Assembly (NCBI RefSeq): GCF_001194135.2
Contig: NC_068983.1
Coordinates: forward strand, 40,025,780 to 40,059,200
From: Octopus bimaculoides
Taxonomy: Eukaryota
Reading direction: 5' to 3'
DNA: 33,421 bases
Below the pieces are notes generated by a model that did not search any database, was not told where the DNA came from, and saw nothing but the letters and a program-made list of their open reading frames with translations. The position numbers and the translations under genes are program-made. Position 1 is the stretch's first letter. The number at the start of each line of letters is the position of its first letter. This document shows, in pieces, positions 1-11,205 of this stretch.

Positions 1-35
<35 letters not shown>

Positions 36-553
36 AGTATATATATATACGGGTAACATCCGATGGTCATGGTGTAGGAAGTTAGTAAGCTTCAAGCGGT
101 CCGTAGAAGGTATAAAAAACAACTTTCAGGAACAATAGTGGTTTATTGATGTAGAAGGTTGTAAATATTTCCATATCGAATTGCGATAAGCTGAAAAAAG
201 TTATTTTATAGCCTACGGTTAGCAGCTGAGGTTTCTGTGCGCTCGAATAAAAATTCATGTGTTTCATAGCTAGCAGTACCTCGGAAGTAGTAATTTACCC
301 GAACGAGGGGTGATCCGACGATGTAAACTTCATTTGACTAACGTGTCTTTTGGCCCGACGAATAACTAGCAGATTACCCCTCGTTTGGATGTGTGTATAT
401 ACATATAAACACTCATATATATATGTATATATGTGCATGTATGTATGTATATATATATAAATATATATATATATAAATATATATATATATTACATATATA
501 TATATATAAATATATAATATATATATAATTTTTTATATGTATATATATTTTAT
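1..553. repeat. (TA)n tracts (1-30, ~391-553) around a ~350 bp non-microsatellite segment
   Basis: Dinucleotide runs seen directly; the second runs into an N gap. Confidence 0.9.
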
Positions 554-1259
554 NNNNNNNNNNNNNNNNNNNNNNNNNNNNNNNNNNNNNNNNNNNNNNN
601 NNNNNNNNNNNNNNNNNNNNNNNNNNNNNNNNNNNNNNNNNNNNNNNNNNNNNNNNNNNNNNNNNNNNNNNNNNNNNNNNNNNNNNNNNNNNNNNNNNNN
701 NNNNNNNNNNNNNNNNNNNNNNNNNNNNNNNNNNNNNNNNNNNNNNNNNNNNNNNNNNNNNNNNNNNNNNNNNNNNNNNNNNNNNNNNNNNNNNNNNNNN
801 NNNNNNNNNNNNNNNNNNNNNNNNNNNNNNNNNNNNNNNNNNNNNNNNNNNNNNNNNNNNNNNNNNNNNNNNNNNNNNNNNNNNNNNNNNNNNNNNNNNN
901 NNNNNNNNNNNNNNNNNNNNNNNNNNNNNNNNNNNNNNNNNNNNNNNNNNNNNNNNNNNNNNNNNNNNNNNNNNNNNNNNNNNNNNNNNNNNNNNNNNNN
1001 NNNNNNNNNNNNNNNNNNNNNNNNNNNNNNNNNNNNNNNNNNNNNNNNNNNNNNNNNNNNNNNNNNNNNNNNNNNNNNNNNNNNNNNNNNNNNNNNNNNN
1101 NNNNNNNNNNNNNNNNNNNNNNNNNNNNNNNNNNNNNNNNNNNNNNNNNNNNNNNNNNNNNNNNNNNNNNNNNNNNNNNNNNNNNNNNNNNNNNNNNNNN
1201 NNNNNNNNNNNNNNNNNNNNNNNNNNNNNNNNNNNNNNNNNNNNNNNNNNNNNNNNNNN

Positions 1260-1296
<37 letters not shown>

Positions 1297-1700
1297 AGGT
1301 ATATACATATAGATACATACTTTTATGCTCACAAACAATACAAATATATATATATATATATGTGTGTGTACGTTAGCGTACGCGTGTATATTTGTAAATA
1401 CATATACAGATGCATATATGTGCATGTAACATAATATATAATGCATAAAGGTATCAAAAGATTTATGTACGTGCGTGCATATGTATGTTCCCATAAATAT
1501 GTTTATGCACAAACGCTTATGTACATATATATGTATGTATGTATATATATACCTATACACACTCACACACATACGCACAAACACACATACATACACAAAC
1601 ACACAAACATGCGCATACATCAACTCATAGAAACACACACACACGCACACGTATATATAAACCATGAGAATACTTATATGCTTGTATGTCTCATACGATG
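1260..1700. repeat. Compound TA/TG/CA low-complexity tract
   Basis: Seen directly; its ORFs translate to Y/I/H/T/V/C dipeptide runs. Confidence 0.9.
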
Positions 1701-1995
1701 TAAATATGTGCATTGGTAAGACAAGCAAATGAAGAAACCATCGCCTTGAGCCAACAGCTCAGTCAACAAAATGGCGTCGTGACTCACAGGTTTCATTCGT
1801 TACATCTCTGACTATGTATTTGATATCAAGACACCCTCGCCTCCTCTATTACACTGGAAACATGTATATTGCCATTACTGTGCAGAAAACACTATAATTA
1901 TCATCATCGTCCCTATCATTGCTGTTGTCGTTAGTATTTTTCATTCTATTATTACTACAAACTACTCTTAAAATGTTTTCTATGGCAAACAAGTC

Positions 1996-2004
1996 ACCAC
2001 CACC

Positions 2005-2064
<60 letters not shown>
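1996..2064. repeat. (CAC)n(TAC)n microsatellite; reads (GTA)n as the 3' tail of the adjacent minus-strand element
   Basis: Seen directly; abuts the family D copy. Confidence 0.9.
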
Positions 2065-2541
2065 GAGTGAGAGAGCAGCCCATGCCGTTAAAGTGACACA
2101 GGGGTAAAATATGCGAAGCCCATTATATCCATCATGACTAACCGTCTGATAAGGGTACACCAGGCACATGCATCACAACCATATGTGAACAACATGGCGA
2201 TCTCATGCCGAGATAAGCAAGCGCATGACCTTGCAGATGGAGCCCAATTAGAATTTTCTTCAAGTCGAATAGCCCATCCCGCTCAAAAGTTCCCTGAATA
2301 AGGGTTGTTTAAGAATGTTGAACGAAACACCCATGTTTCCTGAGGTAAATTATTGAAACCCAAAATAATTCCTCTCAACATAGGCTATGATGCCCCTCCC
2401 CACTACTTCTGCTCATGATCAGGGATGCACATATGGTCATCCACCAAGGGACATGCTCAACTGGTTTGACAAACAAATCTGTGGTATTGAGCAGTTAAGA
2501 TGAGAAGTCATGAAAGCCACTGCCTGGTACTGCCTAGGGCA
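2065..2541 (-). mobile_element. Non-coding retroposon, family D (SINE-like or LINE 3' UTR-derived), copy 1
   Basis: Colinear high similarity over >400 bp to 28750-29212 (AAAGTGACAC..GGGGTA..CGAAGCCCA..ATCATGACTA.CCGTCTGATAA..GTACACCAGG); both end in a trinucleotide tail on the minus strand. Orientation inferred from the tail. Confidence 0.8.
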
Positions 2542-2546
2542 TTATA

Positions 2547-2600
<54 letters not shown>
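2547..2600. repeat. (ATT)n = (TAA)n tail/target of the adjacent R4/Dong LINE
   Basis: Seen directly at the 3' end of the minus-strand LINE. Confidence 0.9.
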
Positions 2601-2601
<1 letters not shown>

Positions 2602-3940
2602 GCCTTTGCACAGCTTCTAACACTGGAGATGTACTACAGTGTCAGCTGTTCACTACCAGTGAACTAAGGTGACACCTCTTATTTTTCGAGCACCTTCCGG
2701 AGTATTCGTGCTGTTTCAAGTAGTGCCTACTCCTGTGACTCAAAGAGACAATACTCTCCTGAGAATGCAAGCTGTCTTTGGATCAACTCGAGCCTGACAG
2801 CAGCTCCAATATTCTTAATGTTTTTCAAAGCGCTTGGAAACTGCTCCCAATGCTCTAGTTACCATCGGTATCACTGTTACTTTCCTCATGCCTCATAACT
2901 TTCCTATCTCGTCCCACAGTGGCTGGTATTTCTGAATCTTTTGTTTCCTTATCTTTCACCTTCGAATCGCCTGGTATTGCAACATCTATTATCTTTACTT
3001 CTTTTTCATATTTGTGGATGAACACAATATCTGGTCGTCTCACTTCTATGACATGGTCGGTCTGTACGTTAAAATCTCAGAGTATTTTGTAATGTTCGCT
3101 TTCCATTACTCTCTCTGGCTTGTGTTCATACCATTGTTCGGCTCTCTCGAGGTTTGCTTTACCGCACAACATATCTGGACATATCTGGCCACATTGTCGT
3201 GTCTCCTTTTGCATTCGCGTTGTGCGAGCTTACAGCACTCACTGGCTTATACTTTCTCCCTTCTCAGAACACATCCTATACTGTAGCAAGTCAGTGCTTT
3301 TATCAATGTAATATTTGGATTAGTTTGTTCTGAGAGATTGTCCTTGAGCGCTGCACACTAATGCCTCAATGGTACCTTTTAAGTCTCCTTTCTGCAACCA
3401 TTGATAAGTTCTACTTCAATCAATCTCATGGTTATTCTTTAATAACTGACCGTGCATTTTCTTGTCCTGCCAAATTTTCTTCAGCTGCTCTCTCTGGTCT
3501 TTCTTAAATTGTGTTAGATCTACGGATTTATTGACTTTTAAGGTTCTCTGCATTTTCACTGCTTCAATCATTTCTTCTTTGCTCCCATTGAAATACCAAG
3601 CCAGGCTAACACACCAGTCCCCGCCCTCCTTCATTCCTCTTTACATACAACCTCGACACGTCTATCTTGGGGTGTATTTCCTCGTGCATTGTCATTAATT
3701 TACGTGTTCTCCTGTCTATTGCTTGTAATTCATGTTTCTTTCAAGACACTATTCCTGCCCCATATCTCATCAAAGTAACCGCCCTCGTGTTAATTGCCCT
3801 AATCTTATAGCGGCCATTTAGCTTCGACTGGAGCACAAGCCGAGTTCTCCTCAAATACTCAAGTACATTTCTTTGATCTTGTGTTCATTCATCTTATCTC
3901 TTTAAATGATACCCAGGTACTTATATCATACTTATATACC
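2601..3940 (-). mobile_element. 5'-truncated, decayed non-LTR retrotransposon of the R4/Dong (RLE-encoding) type: end of RT, thumb, CCHC zinc knuckle region, restriction-like endonuclease, short 3' UTR
   Basis: Minus-strand translation across frameshifts gives YKYLGII, NGRYKIRAINT, DRRTRKLMTMH, RLYVKR..GG, KKMHGQ, RMC.EKGES, KRRHDNVAR, WYEHKPERV, RRPDIVFIHK..VKIIDVAIPGD (PD..D nuclease motif), ALGAVSK, LLETARILRKVLEK*. Many stops and frameshifts. Confidence 0.9.
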
Positions 3941-4063
3941 CTGCATGCAGATAGATTTTTTCGTAAATTATAGAGCGGCTTACAATTTGTTGCCTATCCA
4001 TGCTTTTTAATTGAACTGAGTTAAGCTTTGTGTTTGACTAAAAGAGGATTAGAAACTTAAGAA

Positions 4064-4163
4064 CGGTGGAATTAAGAAATCAACTCGTAAATAAACGAAA
4101 CCTTCGAATCCATCACTGTACACACACAAACGCACACACACATTCACACACATACAGAGTCGC

Positions 4164-4194
<31 letters not shown>

Positions 4195-4565
4195 TGTACC
4201 CGCATGTGTCTAGACGCACAGGTACACCATGATTTATACACACGCAGAAGAGGGTCGATTCATATGAAAAAGAAAGTAGAAAATATTGCATAGCAACGTT
4301 TTTCAATGATGGCAGATGAGTCACACGTACTGTAGTTCGTTGTTGGATACAAATAATATCACCATTTGCTTATCGGGAAATTTATAAGTTCAATTTATTT
4401 ATCTATTTTATTCAATTATCACCTATACAGGTATTTATACTCCGGTGAAATTAAGAAACCAATTCGTAAAAAAATGAAACCCTCGAATCCATCACTGTAC
4501 ACACACATGCATACATACACACACACACACACACACAGAATTGTATATCCATGTATGTATTTATG
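4064..4565 (+). repeat. Local direct duplication (~125 bp units at ~4064-4190 and ~4443-4565)
   Basis: CGGTG(G/A)AATTAAGAAA(T/C)CAA(C/T)TCGTAAA...GAAACC(T/C)TCGAATCCATCACTGTACACACACA occurs twice, offset 379. Confidence 0.85.
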
Positions 4566-4569
4566 TATG

Positions 4570-4747
4570 TTTGAAGATATTCAAACGAAATTTTCCTCAT
4601 TTAGAGCCACTCACCCAATGAGTATTTCTGTCAAATTTGGTGAAAATCAGTTCATCTGTTTTCTAGTAATTTTGCAAACGCACAGACAAATAACCAAAGA
4701 TGAGTGATTACAATACACGGCTATCGCTAACGCGTACAGGATAATAA
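4570..4747 (+). mobile_element. Possible non-autonomous Helentron/HINE-like (DINE-1-like) fragment
   Basis: GTCAAATTTGGTGAAAATCAGTTC..TTTCTAGTAATTTTGCAAACGCACAGACAAA followed by a short imperfect palindrome (TACACGGCTATCGCTAACGCGTA); resembles HINE cores from memory only. Confidence 0.35.
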
Positions 4748-5001
4748 ACAAAATAAAGAAATCATTACTCATTACTCATAACTCAGAAAGGAATTCTCCA
4801 TGTGGAGCACAGAAACTGATTATTATTAGTAATTTAACCAAAGTTAGATTTGATCAACGGCGCTCCAGATGTGATCATTGTGTCTTTCATTTAAACACAG
4901 TGAATCTAGGAGTACATCATTATAGCTGTGTTTCCGCTTCTTTTTAAAAAGCAAGTGGGTATGATTTGAAGGGAAATTAGTTATCAATAGTAGCATATCC
5001 A

Positions 5002-5335
5002 AAGGCAGTGAACTAGCAGAATCGGTTGCACGCCGAGCAAAATTCTTAGCGATATTTCGTCTATATATACATTCTGAGTTCGAATTTCGTGAGGTCGACT
5101 TTGCTTTTCATTCTTTCGAGGTCGATAAAATAAATTAGCGGTATTTCGTCTGGCGCTACGTTCTGAGTTCAAATTCCACCGAGGTCGACTTTGCTTTTAC
5201 CCTTTGGGGTTTGATTAAATAAGTACCAGTTAAGAACTGAGGTCGACGTAATCGACGTAATCCCTTTGTCTGTCCTTGTTTGTCCCCTCTATGTTTAACC
5301 CCCTACGGGCAATAAAGACATAAATATTTCGACAG
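5002..5335 (+). mobile_element. SINE family A (tRNA-like head) with internal tandem duplication, tail type 1
   Basis: Degenerate GGCGGTGAGCTGGCAGAA head, B-box-like GAGTTCAAATTCC, core GAGGTCGACTTTGC..GTCGAT..AAGTACCAG, tail TTTGTCTGTCCTTGTTTGTCCCC..GGGCAATAAAG; matches 30304-30671. Confidence 0.85.
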
Positions 5336-5752
5336 CTAGCATTCCACAATGTCGGACCAATCCACACTGCGAGATGGATTAGTCGATTTTGAAAATTAGG
5401 TGTGTTAGCTATGACCAATAAATAACATTTACTGTGAGGAACCGAATGATAAAAATCTTCAGTCGGGAAGTGTCAAATTTTGCCACAGACAGTTGTCTTT
5501 CAGAAGTAGGAGACACGTGCTAAAATTAATTTCACTTCAAGACAGTTTGAAAGCTTCACGTCATAAAAAAAAAACAAAAAAAAACAAGCTATCAAAAATA
5601 TAAAGCACAGACAAAATACGCGAAAAGAAAACTTATATATACATATATATATATTAGTTTTTTACATATATGTGTGCGTGTGTATGCGAGTGTATGTGTG
5701 TGCACGTGTGTTTGTATGTGCGTACGTGTTTGTGTTTGCGAATATATGTATG

Positions 5753-5790
<38 letters not shown>

Positions 5791-6347
5791 NNNNNNNNNN
5801 NNNNNNNNNNNNNNNNNNNNNNNNNNNNNNNNNNNNNNNNNNNNNNNNNNNNNNNNNNNNNNNNNNNNNNNNNNNNNNNNNNNNNNNNNNNNNNNNNNNN
5901 NNNNNNNNNNNNNNNNNNNNNNNNNNNNNNNNNNNNNNNNNNNNNNNNNNNNNNNNNNNNNNNNNNNNNNNNNNNNNNNNNNNNNNNNNNNNNNNNNNNN
6001 NNNNNNNNNNNNNNNNNNNNNNNNNNNNNNNNNNNNNNNNNNNNNNNNNNNNNNNNNNNNNNNNNNNNNNNNNNNNNNNNNNNNNNNNNNNNNNNNNNNN
6101 NNNNNNNNNNNNNNNNNNNNNNNNNNNNNNNNNNNNNNNNNNNNNNNNNNNNNNNNNNNNNNNNNNNNNNNNNNNNNNNNNNNNNNNNNNNNNNNNNNNN
6201 NNNNNNNNNNNNNNNNNNNNNNNNNNNNNNNNNNNNNNNNNNNNNNNNNNNNNNNNNNNNNNNNNCATATATACACAAATATACACATACATACACATAC
6301 ACATATCTAACATCAGAATGGACAAAAGACCTTCTTGACTCAGTAGT

Positions 6348-6348
6348 G

Positions 6349-6381
<33 letters not shown>

Positions 6382-6610
6382 TTTTTCTACTCTTCCTTCT
6401 TCTTCTTCTTCTTCTTCTTCTTCTTCTTCTTCTTCTTCTTCTTCTTCTTCTTCTTCTTCTTTATCTTCGTCTTCTTCTCCTTCTTACTTTTTTCTTCTGC
6501 TCTTCCTTCTTCTTCTTCTTCTTCTTCTTCTTCTTCTTCTTCTTCTTCTTCTTCTTCTTCTTCTTCTTTTTTTTTTCTTCTGCATTACCTCTTTACTTCT
6601 TTCTTCTCTT
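6348..6610. repeat. (TTC)n compound microsatellite
   Basis: Seen directly. Confidence 0.95.
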
Positions 6611-8309
6611 TCTGTTCCTTTAAGCCTTCAGTATTGCTGTGGTATGGTGATGGTGCCGTTAGTGCTTGAACGCGTGTTCTTATGTGTGTTCGTGTATGTA
6701 TGTATGTATGTATGTATGTATGTATGTATGTATGCATTTGTATGTCTCTGTGTGTGTGCATGTGCTTGTGATAGTATGTGTCTGTGTACGTATGTATTTG
6801 TTTGTGTTTGTGTGCGTGTGTCTGGGCATACGCACGTTTTCTAATCATATATGTGTTTTGCGATAAATTTTCTTTGGTGCTAAAAGCTTACCAAACAATA
6901 GCACCGCACTACATGCCTGCGGTGCTTGAATCTCAATCGCATCTCATTTTGTATTTTGAAGATCAAATGTGCTAACGTGTCACTAATGGAAACTGAATCT
7001 GCATCTCAATGTGCCCGAAGATAAAAATAAAAATTAAAAAAATAAATACAACAGATAAAAAAGATAAACAAATAAATAAAGAAGATAAAATACAATTAAA
7101 AAAAGCAAAAATGTAGTTCCGAGTTTCAATTTCAAATTGAGAAAATAGCGACGAAGGAATATTACTAATGGATATAGGCAGGAAAATCGGTAAAACGGCA
7201 GGTGGGTCGTTAGTATAATTTGACTAATACAGAAATAGGTACAAATAAGACGAGAGAGGAATGAATAAGCGAATAGAATGAATGAAAGTAAAAGGAGAGA
7301 GAAGGAATGAGAGAAGGAATGAGAGAAAGTGAGAGAGAGGAGAAGGAAGGAAATTAGAAGAAAAGCCTGAGGTGTGTTTGACAAACATTCAAATACTCAT
7401 TTGATTATTTCGATACTGGAAGTCCATTTTGTTATTTAACATATTTCAAAAGTCTGAAAAATATCGGCGAATTGTTAAGTGTATAAAATTCGACTGTTAC
7501 CGATAACTGCTGTGCATTATTGTGTACATGCATATATATATATATATATATANNNNNNNNNNNNNNNNNNNNNNNNNNNNNNNNNNNNNNNNNNNNNNNN
7601 NNNNNNNNNNNNNNNNNNNNNNNNNNNNNNNNNNNNNNNNNNNNNNNNNNNNNNNNNNNNNNNNNNNNNNNNNNNNNNNNNNNNNNNNNNNNNNNNNNNN
7701 NNNNNNNNNNNNNNNNNNNNNNNNNNNNNNNNNNNNNNNNNNNNNNNNNNNNNNNNNNNNNNNNNNNNNNNNNNNNNNNNNNNNNNNNNNNNNNNNNNNN
7801 NNNNNNNNNNNNNNNNNNNNNNNNNNNNNNNNNNNNNNNNNNNNNNNNNNNNNNNNNNNNNNNNNNNNNNNNNNNNNNNNNNNNNNNNNNNNNNNNNNNN
7901 NNNNNNNNNNNNNNNNNNNNNNNNNNNNNNNNNNNNNNNNNNNNNNNNNNNNNNNNNNNNNNNNNNNNNNNNNNNNNNNNNNNNNNNNNNNNNNNNNNNN
8001 NNNNNNNNNNNNNNNNNNNNNNNNNNNNNNNNNNNNNNNNNNNNNNNNNNNNNNNNNNNNNNNNNNNNNNNNNNNNNNNNNNNNNNNNNNNNNNNNNNNN
8101 NNNNNNNNNNNNNNNNNNNNNNNNNNNNNNNNNNNNNNNNNNNNNNNNNNNNNNNNNNNNNNNNNNNNNNNNNNNNNNNNNNNNNNNNNNNNNNNNNNNN
8201 NNNNNNNNNNNNNNNNNNNNNNNNNNNNNNNNNNNNNNNNNNNNNNNNNNNNNNNNNNNNNNNNNNNNNNNNNNNNNNNNNNNNNNNNNNNNNNNNNNNN
8301 NNNNNNNNN

Positions 8310-8335
<26 letters not shown>

Positions 8336-8341
<6 letters not shown>

Positions 8342-8726
8342 TGCATTTCTAAATTTCTCAGAGAGATTTATGCAGTAGGGATACGATAAAGTAGTTGTAT
8401 GCTGTCAACTTTAAGAGACAGTCCCATGAAGGGAATAATACTACTGCTATTTAGTCCTATGAAGCAGCACCGCTTCCTGTCGTCCTTGACACATTTCCTG
8501 TGTCCTTATGTTTACAAGGGGGAGACAAGCACCTCCACTTAGCTAAGCCTGCGTCCAGAGACATGTTTCTGAATCTTTGCTCGTCATCAGTCTGGAGTAG
8601 CATGACCTGCTAGTTGAGAGATGCCTGTCAAGCTCTCGTAAACATATAACAATTCTAGTGAAACCCAGTCACTGATTTCAAAAATAGAAATAATACATTT
8701 CTAAATCTCTCAGAGATATTTATGCA
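8336..8726 (-). mobile_element. 313 bp hammerhead-containing segment (Penelope-like terminal repeat or retrozyme-like) bounded by 39 bp direct repeats
   Basis: Direct repeats 8336-8374 and 8688-8726 (3 mismatches); internal minimal hammerhead motif on the minus strand. Element class is inference. Confidence 0.55.
8554..8596 (-). ncRNA. Minimal type I hammerhead ribozyme motif (Penelope-type)
   Basis: Minus strand UCCAGA-CUGAUGA-CGAGCAAAGAUUCA-GAAA-CAUG-UC-UCUGGA: perfect 6 bp stem I, intact core, short stem II (GAG/UUC, C.A at the closing pair), palindromic ACAUGU in place of stem III, GUC cleavage triplet (C17 = position 8560). Confidence 0.7.
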
Positions 8727-8912
8727 TCTACCGAACCTCGTGTTTCAGCCCCGTTCTGTGGATCTTGGGATATTGCCATTTTCCGAAGCTTTATAGCATC
8801 TGTATGTGTGCGACTGCAAGTGCGTAAGTCTAAGTAGTCACAGTCTGTCTATCTGTCTGTCTTTTTCTCGCTCTATCGCACGTACATTTTTACCATCTCT
8901 TTTACACGAACT

Positions 8913-9091
8913 GGCGCAGGCGTTGCTGTGTGGTAACAAGCTTGCTTCCCAATCACACACTCCTGGGTTCAGTACCACTGTGTGGCACATTGGGGGCAAG
9001 TGTCTTCTAATATAGCCTCAAGCCGATCAAAGCTTTGTGAGTCAATTTGGTAGACGGAGACTGAAAAAAAGCCCATCATATATATATGTGT

Positions 9092-9141
<50 letters not shown>

Positions 9142-9238
9142 NNNNNNNNNNTATATATGTGTGTGTATGTGTGTGTGTGTGTGTGTGTGTGCATTTGTCT
9201 TCGTATCTGCATTTGTTCCCCACCACAGTTTCACAACC
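8913..9238 (+). mobile_element. SINE family B, 5' half with internal (TA)n(TG)n
   Basis: tRNA-like head (GCTGTGTGGTAA...GGTTCAGTACC), GGGCAAGTGTCTTCTA..ATAGCC, TTTGGTAGACGGAGACTGAAA; colinear with 14184-14605. Confidence 0.85.
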
Positions 9239-10099
9239 TTATTTAATCTACTTTACGAATTCCTTCAAATTGATCATTTCATATATCTTAAACTTAAACT
9301 TCAAGACATATAATTTTTATTGCAATTCATTCGTTCAACTAACGAAATCTCGTCTCCAACAATTATTCGGACTCAAAACCGACACGGTAAAACCTAATTC
9401 CCATAATGCATTTCGTTCCGTTGGCCACCATTTTAGTCATATACACCACACGGGTAAAACGTTGATTAGCGGTTGATTAGTCAGTAGACCTTATATGGTA
9501 TATGGTGCGACGTCCAGGATTTTCCCAAGGCGTAGCAGAAGTTAATTGTGATAATTAAACCTTGTTAGTGTCTCGACTTGTAGTTAGATTCACCCTGGCT
9601 TAATTATATACACAGCAAACACAAGAAACGCACGCGAAATTAGGAAGACGTAAAGATGGCGTGACGTCGGCGTTTTCCTGGAAGAAATTAGTGTTCTTAG
9701 TAAAGTCAAATGACCTCCGTCTTTTCTTATTCAACAACAACTAATCTCGAACTACTGCATTATCTAAAGTAGTTCTTGGGTTATTTGGTCAGGTACAATG
9801 ACAAAGCATTCGCGGAAAATCAAGAACAAAAAAATGTATGAGATGATGTTATAAATATCACTTTCTCCAGAGCTTCAATGACGAAATGGAAAAACGAATT
9901 GATTTCAGACGAGAATTTGAACTCGGCGCGTGTACTTCTGCTCTAGTGAAATTAAAATATGAGTAACATATAACATTCCAGGAGATTATTGGTAATTTGA
10001 TCATCAAGAAACAGTTAAAATCTTAATGTATCTCCGCGCGTTTACTTAATCGACTTCACCTTGTGCCCTTCCTTGCATAAAATCCCCTCCTCACGCCTA

Positions 10100-10123
10100 T
10101 ATCTATCTATCTATCTATCTATA

Positions 10124-10157
<34 letters not shown>

Positions 10158-10180
10158 GCTATCTATCTATCTATCTAGCT
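10100..10180. repeat. (CTAT)n tetranucleotide repeat
   Basis: Seen directly. Confidence 0.95.
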
Positions 10181-11051
10181 GTCTGTGCGTGTGTGCGTAT
10201 GTTTGCATCTGAAAGTTAAATTGTGTACTAAAGAACTATGTATGGCGCGGTTGTCTGGATTCTAAAGGTAACTATTGATCAACACACCTCTGTATTTATC
10301 TAAAGAGATTGCATAAGAAGAAAACCACTTAAATCGAAGCATATTTGTTAAATTGTACGACTTTATGTTTGCATTCAATCTGTTATGGCAGTGATACATC
10401 TTATCACTGGAGGCAAACACGCATACACAGGCGTGCGCGCAGAAATATGTAGGTTCCGACAGAAAGACTGAGAAAGGAGAAAGCTATACATTCAAACATA
10501 GCCAAATGCTCAGAGAGACAGAGGGGGGAGAGAGAGAGGAGCAGAGAGAGAAGGGAGAGATAAGGCGATAGATCGATAGATAGACTGATGGACGGGGAGA
10601 GAGACAGAGAGAAGCTTTACAATGTCTCCTGTCAAATAAGTCAGCGGTGCACAACAGGTGGCGCCACGACAGCTGTGCCAAAACGTCTCATATCCAATCG
10701 TGATACGATCATTCTACTCCTTGCCCCACCCATCAGTAGTACTGAAGGGATACATATAAAGTAAGTCTTCTCTTTGTTTTTGTTGTTTTAAGATAGTGCC
10801 TGATTGCATCTCCAACCTGAACAGAATACATTATACGAAAGTTTTAAGATCGCAAATCAATCACTGAACTATTTCCCGCAAAAGTATATGTATATAAATT
10901 TATGTGTGTGTTTGTGTGTGTGTGTGTGTCCTCGTGAAGCACATCTGCATATTCCAGTACTTCAAAATTGTGTGTAGATGTTATAATTGTGTGAGCTATG
11001 CATGTTTCTTACAGCTTACATGCTTTTCCTACACGTACAATTTTGTTCTCC

Positions 11052-11205
<154 letters not shown>

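Noticed and set aside
1760-1860. Minus-strand donor CCT|GTGAGT and plus-strand AAAATGGCG (YY1-like)/TGACTCA (AP-1-like) motifs
   Set aside because: All frames from the best acceptor contain stops and the motifs are short enough to be chance.
6900-6926. GC-rich hairpin as a Helitron 3' terminator
   Set aside because: No CTRR terminus follows on either strand.
8749-8823. TTTCAG|75 nt|GTAAGT candidate plus-strand exon
   Set aside because: Splice signals are plausible but no open frame gives a recognisable peptide and there is no partner exon.
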